Positions 1 to 16,809 of a stretch of 64,000 nucleotides of DNA are shown one piece after another; position 1 is the stretch's first letter; every line of letters begins with the position of its first letter. A program made the translations under genes and the position numbers. The stretch is from the NCBI GenBank assembly GCA_051362555.1, contig CM120642.1:992001-1056000 (forward strand), in the 5' to 3' direction. The notes under the pieces were generated by a model, which searched no databases, had not been told where the DNA came from, and worked only from the letters and a program-made list of their open reading frames with translations. This DNA comes from Lingula anatina (taxonomy: Eukaryota > Animalia > Brachiopoda).

Positions 1-94
1 TGATTAAGAAACTTGCTTTCACTTAAAGGTGCACTTGATCCAAGCATCTTTTGCAACGACATTGATATCAAGGTCTCGTTTATTCTCGTTTCAG

Positions 95-207
95 CGAGTA
101 TGTATTACCCTTACGCTCCGGTCGCTAAACACCCCTACTTTCCGCAGTATCAAGTCGCTGATCATGGGCACGACCAAGATCAGGACAATATGCAGGGCCC
201 GAACTAA
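95..207 (+). CDS. Possible terminal coding exon of a gene starting before the window (SMYYPYAPVAKHPYFPQYQVADHGHDQDQDNMQGPN*)
   Basis: Pyrimidine tract plus TTTCAG acceptor ending at 94. GC/CpG-richer than its flanks, open frame to TAA at 205-207, AATAAA near 484. No recognisable homology. Confidence 0.3.
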
Positions 208-1043
208 GACGCTCGTTGCTCCTGCCTTACCGTCGGCGGCCTCCAAGTGATAGCAATTTTGACAGCATTTCAAACATTATTTACTTCTTAAACCAATCCG
301 ACTTCGACAGGGCCAAAGTAGAAAAAAAATGAGAAGTAAAAAGTGAAAAAAGGAGTAAAAGAAATTAAAGTTCAACTGACACGATTATTGTACGCCATCC
401 CGTTATTAAGGCAATTAAATTCAGTGAACAGTAGACACTGCTCTTACCTTTATAAAAATGTGTTTAAATGGTATTAAAATCAAAATAAATACTATCGTTT
501 AAAAAATTCAGAGATCTTTTCAAAAATATTGCTATCCTCTCCCTTCCAACTCTGATGAAAACAGAAATTGTTTGAGGAACAAGTATTTAAAAAACTACTT
601 AGTATGTCGTTTTATGTAATGATAACAGACAACTTGAGAAGATGTGTAATAAAAAGGCAGCCACAGCTAACTTAGGTGTTTTCCATTTCTTGCGATGTCC
701 ATCTAATAAAGTATGTTGCTTAATGTGTCTGTCGTTAAAATCAAATAGCTCGTTGCACACAACTCGCATAAAAAAAGACACTTAATTCAAAATAATCAGT
801 TCAAAATGTCTTTTTTAGTATTTAAAGTTGGTGCAATACAGATAATTTACCTCGTTAACTCTTTCAAATTAAATAGATTCCTTTAAAGTACCTTAACCTC
901 TGGAATTCAGCGACCCATAAACACAGATTCAGAGCAAAAGCACATGAGATTTTATTTTCTAACAGGAGAAACAAGCTGATGTTCACCAAATAAAAATTTC
1001 ATAGGTTCTTCGGAGCACATCTGGCGTACTGGGTCATTACAAA

Positions 1044-1341
1044 GGGACCATTCAGATTGAGAAAAGCCGAGTGCTAGTAAGGCCGCGATCTAAATATGAA
1101 AGGAAGACCGCTAATCCTGTAATGGTCTCTCCGCCTCTCACACGCCTCCCCACGCGTCGTCCCTGCAGGGGCATAGTAATTAAATCTCGGCTCAATTCAA
1201 CCGGTCGAGGGACAACGCGTGGGGAGGCGTGTGAGAGGCGGGGAGACCATTACAGGATTAGTGCTCTTCCTTTCATGTAGGTCTGCCATATTTAGGTCGC
1301 GGCCTTACTAGCACTCGGCTCTTCTCAATCTGAATGGTCCC
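1044..1341. mobile_element. Foldback MITE, PIF/Harbinger(Tourist)-like, 298 bp
   Basis: Almost fully palindromic: GGGACCATTCAGATTGAGAA...TTCTCAATCTGAATGGTCCC, with arms over 100 bp. AAA on both flanks (3-bp TSD). CpG-rich, so probably young. Confidence 0.85.
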
Positions 1342-1397
1342 AAAAAAGAAAGAAGTTCACAAAGTTCCGAAAGTTCATCCTAGCTTTCCACCACCAC

Positions 1398-1400
<3 letters not shown>

Positions 1401-1457
<57 letters not shown>
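1401..1457. repeat. (CT)n microsatellite
   Basis: Directly visible. Confidence 0.95.
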
Positions 1458-1458
<1 letters not shown>

Positions 1459-1901
1459 TGGGCTCATTCACGGTTTGGATAATCGAGGGAATATGATCAG
1501 AATTTAGTGTCGGTGCTGTATGGATGAAAAACATTAGAATTAATATCAAATGAACTTTCTTCTTTGATAGTATTGTAATTAACAGTGAGCTTTATGTAGT
1601 CGATCTATCATCCTTATAACAGATAGCAAGGCGTCTGAAACATGTGTAATATCACAGCGACCAAATATTATCAACCAGGCTGACTTATGTGTATCTTGCC
1701 ATTTAATGTTCTGAGACTGTGCAGGCACTAACACGAATAGTCCAGTCTTTGTTGTTTTCCGAGTTTTGAAAGATTTCGAAAATTCTCTATATATAGGCAA
1801 GATTTATTCGAAGTATAATTTTTGGGGCATTAAGCATTTATTCAATATGATGATAAAACACATCAAAGAAAAGTAACTACCGTTGGCATTATTTTCCCAA
1901 A

Positions 1902-1908
1902 ATGTGCG
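1902..1908 (+). CDS. Candidate first coding micro-exon (ATG TGC G) of the AbfB-domain gene
   Basis: AAAATG TGC G|GTAAGA is a strong phase-1 donor matching the phase-1 acceptor at 3248. TATATATA at about 1787-1795 upstream. A weaker alternative is 2264-2297 (MSGCQKTAIHK, donor GTTGCT). Confidence 0.35.
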
Positions 1909-2715
1909 GTAAGACATAGCGTTCCAAACGATAGGTCTGCCATTTAGAACTAAAACATTTAACTAGAAATTGAATTAAACATCGAAATTATGCAGGAGAC
2001 GATATGGGTCGATCAATTATTCGAGAGCAGGAGTATTTGTGTTTTTTTTTCACCAGGGAAAAACTCATTTTGGCGGGTAAATCGCGAATGAGCTACTTAT
2101 AGTACAAAAACGTATGTCAAAAACGGTTACTACTGGTTGACGTGACCTCGAGATCCTGTCCTTTTATTAAAGTAGACAGCTAGAATTAACTTTATCCATC
2201 TGCTCGAGAAGGATGACTTACCATATGGGTTTAAAATATATATAAATGTAAGTTTTGGGTTAAATGTCAGGATGCCAAAAGACTGCTATACATAAAGGTT
2301 GCTACGCAGCACGGTTTTTATGTTCAATAAATATTTAAATACACAAAAATAAAAATAATGAAACCCTCTGTAGGCCTATGTCGGATAATTATTTACAAGT
2401 GTTTCTTAAGAATAAAAATGAATTATTAGATTAACGCTGCCAAATATCAAGTTTTAGTTACTACAGTAAAATGATTTAATATTATAATAATAATGTATTT
2501 AACCCCCCTACGCACATACCTCTGCGCTGTTTACAAACATTGTCTAATACTTCAAAGATTAATTAAAAACAAATATAAAAATGATAAATTCTAAAAGAGG
2601 CATATATTGCTCAAAATATGCTTTAAATAAAGGACACTCGATTCGCTGATAAAATCATATGATAAAATTGGTGCTGAAGTTTCAAAACTCCTGTGTCCTG
2701 TGACCATGTTTAATG

Positions 2716-2716
<1 letters not shown>

Positions 2717-2759
<43 letters not shown>
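2717..2759. repeat. poly(T) tract
   Basis: Directly visible. Confidence 0.95.
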
Positions 2760-2760
<1 letters not shown>

Positions 2761-3157
2761 TATCTTTAGTTGAATTTGTCCACTGAATCCGAGTGTTATA
2801 ATGGGACAAGTAGGTTTTATAAAATTGCTCAGGTAAAATGGACTTCCCTTTAAAAATTTCAAAACCCACGAATAATATTTTGTAAACGATCCTTTTAGAT
2901 ATGGGTATGCGGGTAACCAATGTAGAACTGGTTGAATGTGCTCAGACTTGCAGCTTAATTACAAATTGACTGAAGTTTTTTTTAAAGTTAGTTATGTCGA
3001 AGATACGTGTAAAACGTGAGCACGAGGTTAGAACGATATTAACGACAAGGATAATGCGGGCTGTAGCATTTTACTTCCAGGGGATTAAAACCAAACATGA
3101 TTAAATGATAAAAGGACTGTCCTTTATTTTCTCACTGATATCCAAATAGATCGACAA

Positions 3158-3158
3158 C

Positions 3159-3189
<31 letters not shown>

Positions 3190-3191
3190 AG
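3158..3191. repeat. (TAAA)n microsatellite
   Basis: Directly visible. Confidence 0.9.
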
Positions 3192-3247
3192 TTCCCCAGA
3201 AGAGAAATATAATGGATCATAAAGACGAGCTTTTTCTTTTATTTCAG

Positions 3248-4099
3248 TCGTACGTCTTCGGTCCGAGAATTTCGCCAGTTATACTTGGGGTCTCAATCCT
3301 AATGGCGACGCATACATCAAGCAAGGGTTTAGCGGAAATATCTTCTACATTGTTCCTGGGTTAACCGGACAACCAGGTACAGTGTCCTTCAACTCCGTGG
3401 ACTACCCGTGCTCCTATCTCCGGCACTATGGTTATTTCCTTAACCTCGAAAGCTCAAAGAACCCGAGGAATCCTCACATCTTCGACAAGGACGCCACGTT
3501 CTACCCTCGACCTGACAAATTCTTCCAAGGATTTACAGCATACGAGTCGGTAAACTACCCTGGGTACTTTATCCGCCATGCTGGCTACAGACTGCAGATA
3601 CGGGCAGACGACGGCTCTCACGTGTTTAAGAGGGACGCCAGCTTCAAGGAAGAGCCAATTGGTACATAAGACAATTTAATTTACAACAAACATACCTTGT
3701 TCTTTTGTCCAGTTGGTTTAACAAGTGACCACGAGCCGCTTTCCGCTAAAAATTTAGGTGATAAGAGGATTTTAGACTGGGTTCCCATACTTAGATCGAT
3801 CCATCTGGGGGTTCACGCAAAATTGCTATCAGCTCAAGAGGCTTAAACGTCTGTCACGCCTACCAAAGCAGCTAGGGGTAAAGATAGTTAATCCCTAACA
3901 GGCGTAACAGACGTTTAAGCTGGTTAGTTTGATAGCAATTTAGTAAGACTCCCCAGGGAGATAGATCGATCCAAATATCTGTGGGAATGGTCCCTTAGAG
4001 AACGCGCCTATCTCACTCTTCATTAACGCTTGCTGCTTACAGAAAAATACAAAAATATATTTTACCGTTTCAGATATTCTGGAAAGTTGTCGCAGTTAA
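3248..4099 (+). CDS. AbfB (alpha-L-arabinofuranosidase B carbohydrate-binding, CBM42-like) beta-trefoil domain protein. Main exon 3248-3661 (unspliced stop at 3669), probable last exon 4074-4099.
   Basis: Acceptor TTTCAG at 3247. Translation VVRLRSENFASYTW...FYIVPGLTGQPGTVSFNSVDYPCSYLRHYGY...FDKDATF...AYESVNYPGYFIRHAGY...FKRDASF has the repeated (F/Y)ESxNYPGxFLRH and DA(T/S)F motifs of AbfB. Donor G|GTACAT at 3661/3662 and acceptor CGTTTCAG at 4073 give DILESCRS*. AATAAA at 4160-4165. Confidence 0.8.
3775..3994. mobile_element. Degenerate Harbinger-like MITE in the last AbfB-gene intron
   Basis: Inverted arms GATCGATC...AATTGCTATCA...GCTTAAACGTCTGTCACGCCT and AGGCGTAACAGACGTTTAAGC...TGATAGCAATT...GATCGATC. 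Right end GGGAATGGTCCC. TTA on both sides. Confidence 0.65.
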
Positions 4100-5218
4100 C
4101 GTCTCACCACACCAAGATCACGGACGTTACAGAAACACGAGATGTTTGATCTACCTCAAAATAAAGCTACACACTCAGTGAAATCTCTCATGGAATACAC
4201 CGAGTATACAGTAGTATAATTTTTTTTAAAATCATTTTTGGTCATTCGATCGCCGCATTCAAGAACAGTTTGATAAGAGTCAAGAACAAATATTTTACAC
4301 ATGTATCTACCTCAATCAACACTCAGGTAATTTTAATTCATACGTCAATTTTCCGCCACTTACAGGCCATTTACAGGCCTATGTACGGGTACGTGCGCTT
4401 CATCGATCATATGGGTGCCAATTTTATTTACTGAGTATCTGCAATTTACCATTAGCTGTATTGTCTTATTTTCATTCTGATTAAAAAATAGAAGTATATA
4501 TAAACTGCGGACATCATGTTCAAGTTGTAACCTGGCCAGTGCAGTAATAAAGAAAACCTTTGTTTGAAACATTATCCACAGCTTTTTTTTTGTTTTAATT
4601 TATTTGGGGTGAGGATAAATTAAAATTTTGTTTAAAAGTTTAATCCAATGTTCAGGCTAAATAAAGAGCTCATTGTCAATTACCCCGGTCCCCTGAAATT
4701 GCCTTTGAACAAACAAGCTTGCCTTTTGTGCAATTTTTGTGAAATGTAATTTCAATATCTGAACTATTATCAAAATTATCTATTAAAATTGTCTTAAAAT
4801 CAACTTTGTCTCACATTTGGAAATACGATAATAACTCATCTTTTCAAAGGGGAGGGGGGGAATTTTACAAATACTGTATTTTTAAATCATCATTTCTTAA
4901 AATTAGAACATTCTTTTTGAGTGGTAATAACAAAATTAAAAAGTACTCTACATTTCCATTCTATCCAGTAAAAGCCCCACAAATGCTGTATAGGAATATC
5001 AGAAACTTTGATAATTTTTGCACATTGAAAAGATGGAGCAATTACCGTAGTGTTTCCCAGATGATAATAGCAGAAAAAATGAAAGAAAGAGGAACTCTGT
5101 GAAAATTCAGTGCCTCATTATTATAATATAATTTTCAGGATGCATGCTATTAGTTGACTAACACAAGACAGTTATCACTCTATTCAACCAAATGGTTTAA
5201 GCATTACAAAAAAAAAAT

Positions 5219-5258
<40 letters not shown>

Positions 5259-5259
5259 A
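5219..5259. repeat. (TAAA)n microsatellite
   Basis: Directly visible. Confidence 0.9.
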
Positions 5260-5618
5260 AATATCTGGAAATAGTGATTTAAAAGTTTTCAAATGAAAAA
5301 CTGGTTTCTGCATTTATGAATAGGTGAAATGATAAATCAAGGAAAATAAGATAAAGAAATAGATACTGACTTATGATTAAACATAGTACTTATTAATGGT
5401 AAACAATAATATGTGCAAACCTCAAACCCACACTCTATACAGAATATAATAATAAAACCTTCTTGTTCCCCTCATTTATCTTAAATATATACATAACAAA
5501 TTAATTTATGTTTCAACAAGAATCACATTTTTACAATCATGATGACTTGATCATCTACATGATCACTGACTGAACAGATCAATACATATGGCACAATTGG
5601 TTTCTTAGAGAGCATTAA

Positions 5619-5756
5619 GAACAACAGACTAACAGATCTGAGGATCAAATATGGTGACCCACTAAAAAGCTTGCCACTTAATTCCCTGATTAGATACTAA
5701 CAAACATTCAAGTGGGTCGGCCATATTTGATCCGTGGATCTGTTAGTCTGCTGTTC
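5619..5756. mobile_element. MITE, 138 bp, TAA target duplication
   Basis: About 45-bp TIRs GAACAACAGACTAACAGATCTGAGGATCAAATATGG...CCATATTTGATCCGTGGATCTGTTAGTCTGCTGTTC, flanked by TAA/TAA. Confidence 0.8.
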
Positions 5757-5849
5757 TAAATCATCAAATTTTAAATGGTTTTGTGCTGCCTACTGCACCA
5801 GCTAACAAACACAGTGATCCATATTTCAAAACTCGGGGGGAAAAAAAAG

Positions 5850-6017
5850 ACCTCTGCCATGGCAGCTTAATTTTCATAATTAGTCAATTAAACAATAAAC
5901 AAATCAACACCATAATCTAATCGTTTTTAAACTAGACCACTTCTTTATCAAAATCTATCCATAACTTTTTAAGTTAGGCTGCCAAGGATGAAAACATCAC
6001 CTACTTGGTGGGGGTAA
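5850..6017. mobile_element. Possible decayed Helentron-associated (HINE/pearl-like) repeat fragment
   Basis: TTTATCAAAATCTATCCATAACTTTTTAAGTTA...GAAAACATCACCTACTTGGTGGGGGTAA resembles the terminal palindrome and body of common aquatic-animal non-autonomous rolling-circle repeats. Recognised from memory only. Confidence 0.35.
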
Positions 6018-6416
6018 TGATATTGTGCATCAGAAGTATTGCCACAAATAAAAGAAAAACAACAAGACTTTGACACCAACCACAAGCATGCTAATTAACT
6101 TAACTTTAGATACAGTGATCATTATAAAGTACCAATATAACCATTTGCCTTATTATACTACAGTGTATTCATCATATATACTTCTCCATCTATTATTCTG
6201 CAATAATATACATATATTGGACCCAGTTTAAGATGGCAATTTCAACAAATACTTTGCATAAATATTGCCAGAATGTAGAATGTTTTTTCTTTGCAGTCTC
6301 TTTGATTATTGATCCTTTTCTTTCTGACAAATAAAACTCAAAGGATGTTTCCCTCATGTCAAACAACAGCTGTTGATATATTACTGAGATTGCTTGGTAC
6401 CCTGCTTTGCCTTTTG

Positions 6417-6474
6417 TACGGTGGCCTATAGGAACCTCACTTATAGCAGCCTAAGGTTCCTATGGGCCATCGTA
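6417..6474. repeat. 58-bp hairpin or mini-MITE flanked by CTTTTG direct repeats
   Basis: TACGGTGGCCTATAGGAACCT...AGGTTCCTATGGGCCATCGTA. CTTTTG at 6411-6416 and 6475-6480. Confidence 0.65.
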
Positions 6475-7046
6475 CTTTTGCACTCTCTGTAAGCAAATGT
6501 AAAATATACTCAATAATGCAGATTCTATTTAAATATGAAACAAAACCATTCAGCTATAAAATTATTTTACAAAATAAATAAATAAATAAAAAAATAATAT
6601 CTATACCATACTACAAAAAATGTGTTTGGTCTAATTAACAACTTATATGTTGAACAATATTTAAATTTGATAAATGCCTTCTGGAAATATTTCATTGTAA
6701 GCATAATACACGTTACCTGAAATTACTTATCAAAAAATTAAATTGAGGCAGGGTGCTAGACTATAAAAGAACAATGATATGCTGAGATGGAAAGTATTTT
6801 TATACTTAAAAGTAAGTGTACCCATTTCCTTAAAAAATGGGCTATAAGATTTTGAATTTCATGATAAAGTTATGATCACAGTCCCCTCTCTCACCATTAT
6901 CAAAATATTTTCAGCTTTCCCGCCATAATACCAAGCAGAATAAATAGATCTATTCTAAAATTGAGAAACCTGAGGTAAAAACTAAGACCTAGACCCTCTT
7001 TCATACATAATTTGTGTCCATAATTCTTTTTCCAAAGGGAAAACAT

Positions 7047-12575
<5,529 letters not shown>

Positions 12576-12892
12576 GGCGTCTAACCTGAAAAAATATACA
12601 GGTTTTAAAACATAATCATCATCACCTATGTTGTAATATAGGTGAAAAACTCTTGTACATGGCTGAAGTTGTAACCAAATGGCAGGCACGTATCTTTGTC
12701 TTTAAATGCATATTTCATATTCCTTCAGTACTTATATAATTCCTACAGGAAGGATCCCAGATGGGCAGAGATATGGAGAACATCCCCCTCACTTCCTGAT
12801 CAGGCTTATATTGGGGTCAGTTTTCACCAGACAGTAAAGATAAATCACTGGCAAAAGAAATTAAAAACAATTTCATTATTTTTTTCAAATTA

Positions 12893-13980
12893 GGCCACAC
12901 TTTTTTATTTTTATGGATGACATCCTCGAAAATCGGTGCGAGCGGGCGAAAAAAAAAAAAACAGTTCCAAAAAAAAAATGCTTAAGAAAAGTTATGTTTT
13001 CAGTACACAGCTGGAAACACTAATTTACCACAGAAACACGTATCAAACTAACAACATGTCTTTATCCATGCTCGCAAAATATTAAAGCATTGTGAATAGG
13101 GCCTACTTCGTAGAAAGGTAAAAAGTCATGAATATATATATACTAGTATGCTGCATATTACCAAATCTATTTAAGGTTATTTCATGCATTCTGTTGGTAT
13201 AGCAATCAATAAAACAAATATCAAATAAACAGAGTGTCTTTATTTGTACTCTCAGAAAATTAGAGCATTGTGAACACTTCACAGAATTGTTAAAAAATGA
13301 AGCAAAGATAGGCCTATGCTTCCTACTACCAAATCTAAAAAAGGTAATTTCGGTCGATGCCATTTTGTCTACTTCGACTCACACGTAGCAGCCGACTATT
13401 GGGTGGCCTGTCCGACCTTCAGTCCACCAAATACCACGACGCTCTTGTCGACCCTTTTTTCGCTACCAAAAAACACTTGGTAAGCCTATGTGCTGCTTTG
13501 GACAGAATGTCACTGAAATTTTCCGGGCGATGATCGCTGGCCGCGGCCAGCCTTTCGTATAATTGTAAAAAGGTGATATCTCCATGTCCAATATCAATGG
13601 CAAACCCATCCAAAACGACGGCCCCCGTTCTCTTTATGACTTTAATTGTCGTGTATTTTGAAATTAATGCTAGAGATGAATTTGACGGCCAAGCGGCCAT
13701 ATTTCCACGTGGTGATAATACACATGCGCAGAAAGCTCATTTTCCGCACTCGGAACTACTCGGATGTCTCCGCAGTCGACAATGACAGCATGGAGCTTGC
13801 GGAATTAGCCGAGGATTGCCGATTGCATTTTCCGGCAAATTCAATAACGACGTTTGCGACAACCGACTTCCTTGGGGGGGGGGGGGGGGGAGTAGGGGGG
13901 GATTTTTTTTTTTTTTTTGAGAACGGACGAAAATCGGTGCGCGCGCAGGATGTCATCCATAAAATTAAAAAAGTGTGGCC
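12893..13980 (-). mobile_element. Non-autonomous PIF/Harbinger-like DNA transposon (1088 bp) in the UGDH intron upstream of the ATG exon
   Basis: About 34-bp TIRs GGCCACACTTTTTTATTTTTATGGATGACATCCT and AGGATGTCATCCATAAAATTAAAAAAGTGTGGCC. TTA TSD at 12890-12892 and 13981-13983. CpG-rich interior with a minus-strand ORF at 13419-13700. Confidence 0.85.
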
Positions 13981-14859
13981 TTATTTACTGAGTTGGTGAA
14001 CGGTAACTTTTTGACTTGAGGGAATATTTAAACTTCATCCTGGCATAATACTTATTGGATAAATATCTTTTATAAATTAAAGACTAGCAAAAGGAGTAAA
14101 CAAATATAATATAATAATGGTGATAAACACAGTACAATAAAATACAATGTAAAAAAAAGATGCTGTTTCAACCAGTATCTTGTCATCATGCCATACAAAT
14201 ACAATACAACACAATACAACAGCATGTCAAGATATGCTGGCAGTGTCTAGATACATGTTATCACGGTACTGGCTGATTATTTCGTCAACCCTGTAAATTA
14301 TAATAACTGAATATATACATAATTATAAGAAACACCAGTTACTGTTATGGAGGTTCACTAGTGGCACGAAATTACAGAAGATGTTGATAGCACTGTTGAT
14401 ACTTTTCCAATATTCCTGAGGCCAACTGCACCTTTTTCATCCACTCAATACTCTGGAAGCAGTTTTTTCTAGATCACTTTCAAATGTTTTCTTCTGTCCT
14501 CACAAAATTCATGATCATCTTCCCTCAATGCAAAATTTTGAAATAGGATCGTTTATAAATGCACAATTTTGTTTTATGAATATGACGTAGCCACAAAACA
14601 TGCCACACTTTCATACCTTTTTGGATACAGGTAAAAGCACAAGTTTTTGCTTAAAAATTAAACAAGACTGTTTATATTAAATAATTACGCAAAAACTTGG
14701 TCACATTTGAAGCATTTCACATGGATTAGTAAGTTTTTATGACTAAGATAAAAATCAAATTCACAAACATATAGGAAGTTCTTTTTAAATATTTCTAACA
14801 TGATCTAACATTATCATGATAAGAGATGCCAAAAATGTAAGGTGTGGCAACCGTACTGA

Positions 14860-14970
14860 AAACCCCTATTGACAAGTGCCTAATATGGCAGCCGGGCTGA
14901 ATCCTCCTCAGGGAGGTGAGAGCAACAACTTATAGTGTGCAACAGGGCCAAAATGACCAGGCTTCCTTTG
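14860..14970 (+). mobile_element. Possible old SINE fragment
   Basis: TATGGCAGCCGGGCTGAATCCTCCTCAGGGAGGTGAG...AACAGGGCCAAAATGACCAGG resembles conserved central/3' segments of invertebrate tRNA-derived SINEs. No A/B boxes seen; recognised from memory only. Confidence 0.3.
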
Positions 14971-15066
14971 AATTGTGAATTAAATAAATATATGTGTAAC
15001 TTCAACCCTCGCGGTTGCAATATCTCAATGAAGTTTATAATAATTATTATTAATTATAAGACTTAC

Positions 15067-15180
15067 CATGACACTGTGTCCCCCATTTCTTAAATTTAGC
15101 AATACGCAGGAACTGAAACCGCTGTCGACCTTGACGCACACGTATAAAACTGAGCAGATTTATCATTCTAGCGTCATATC
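15067..15180 (-). promoter_or_regulatory. Candidate alternative first exon and promoter of UGDH
   Basis: Perfect donor ATG|GTAAGT (15066-15061, minus). Small CpG cluster in otherwise CpG-poor intron. ATG at 15086 is in frame with the UGDH ATG. Confidence 0.5.
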
Positions 15181-16809
15181 ACTGGGTTCATCTATTTTAA
15201 ATAATAAATAAGAATAGGGGCCTTCTCAAAAGTGTTCCAAGCTTCAGATTTATACTTCTTATTCACTGGTGGAAAAGCAAAGGTCACACACATCAAGCAT
15301 TTACCAAGGTGGTTTGAAATTGTTACAGGTTGTAAAGACATGCATGCTAAAGATTTAAATAGCAGGAAACTTAGACCTAAAAAACATCCAAGCATTTCCA
15401 TAAAAATTCCATTTCAAATAAATGAGACACTACTAATTCTAACTGCAAAATTTCTTTGCCCTTACTCTAAATAGTGCAATACCGATATTTTTTCTCTGAA
15501 CGTGGTTTATATTTTTGGCTTTGTTTTTTACACAAATCTTAAAGATGCATATAATTTAAGTGCGTTGACAAGTCAAATTATTGCCATAAAAGCTGGACCA
15601 AATGTTACCATATAGTTTCGAATACAATATTAGTATATACTTAAAAGTACTATCTACAGGGTTTTGTTTCATCATTTCCTTTCCTTGCAGAAAGTGCAGT
15701 TTTGGAGTCTTCCTTTAGCAGACAGAATGATTAATTCCAGTTATATTTTGGCATGTGGGTTTCATTTGAGTTGTGTAAGAAACTGGTGGTTGAAATTAGC
15801 ATGTATGCTGCAGAGAATGTACATAATTTTGATAAGAGAGAAAACAATGCTATGTTAGTAAACATTACACAGTAGTTGAAACATGCAGGTTATCATGCAA
15901 AAAGACAACTGAGTTATTTTTCTAGGTGAAATGTAAATAAAAGAACAGCATGAATCCAATGATTTCAAGCAGGAACTTGATAAGTTTTATACAATTCATC
16001 AATTTCAATATCTTAATTCTTAATGTACATTTTGTTGTACATGTAATAAATGGAAAACAAGTCAGCGATGTGAGCATGATATACCAGAAGTAAAATCCAA
16101 GCAGATGGTACATACACCCTGCTGTCTTGGTGTGGATCTGATTTTGGCTATTTTCACACTGAGAGGTACACCTTACTGTAGTGGTCTACTGTGAGGTATC
16201 TTAACTTGTAATTAATAACACAGTGGGATTCTCTCCCTTCCACAACTTGTCTAGATGTTTGCTTCCTGCTTTTTGCACAGGTTAATATGATAGGATGTGT
16301 TAAGAACAGGCAAGAACATTGGTGACTTGATCCTCACATTGTTGCCAGGTTATTAGTAATAATTTTAATTACTTAAAAGTTGTTCATCTCTAAAAGTGAC
16401 TTGTTTTGTTAATATTACCCAAACAAGATGGATATCAAATTTATGTATGAGGTGTGTATCAGTGAAAGGAATTGAGATATACCAAATTTGAGTTCTTTGT
16501 ACTTGACAATGTTTTTCGTTCTGATATAAAACATTTTACATCGAATATGCTTCATAAGAAATAGGGATACATTTCATACAAGTACAGACTGCTAGACCAG
16601 AGAAGATTACAGGAGTGTTAGTGCACTGTGAAAGTCTTGTAATGATCCCTCTTAGTACAATATCAGTATTCATCTTCTTTAATAGATTGTATAATTTTGA
16701 ATTATTCAAGAATGCTATGATCTACTGAAGATACATATATTGCACTCACTTGATCTTTAAGTAGAGAGGGCTCTAAATTATGATGTCATGTTGTTACCAA
16801 GGTGTCTAA

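Noticed and set aside
1071-1280. 69-aa ORF
   Set aside because: Lies wholly within a palindromic MITE; no protein features
2264-2297. Alternative AbfB first exon MSGCQKTAIHK
   Set aside because: Phase fits, but the donor (GTTGCT) is weak and the nearby TATA would place the TSS at or after the ATG; ranked below the 1902 candidate
13573-13999. Plus-strand ORFs and Pro/Lys-rich minus ORF in the transposon
   Set aside because: Driven by G and T homopolymers; no DDE or Myb/SANT motif recognisable, so no transposase is called
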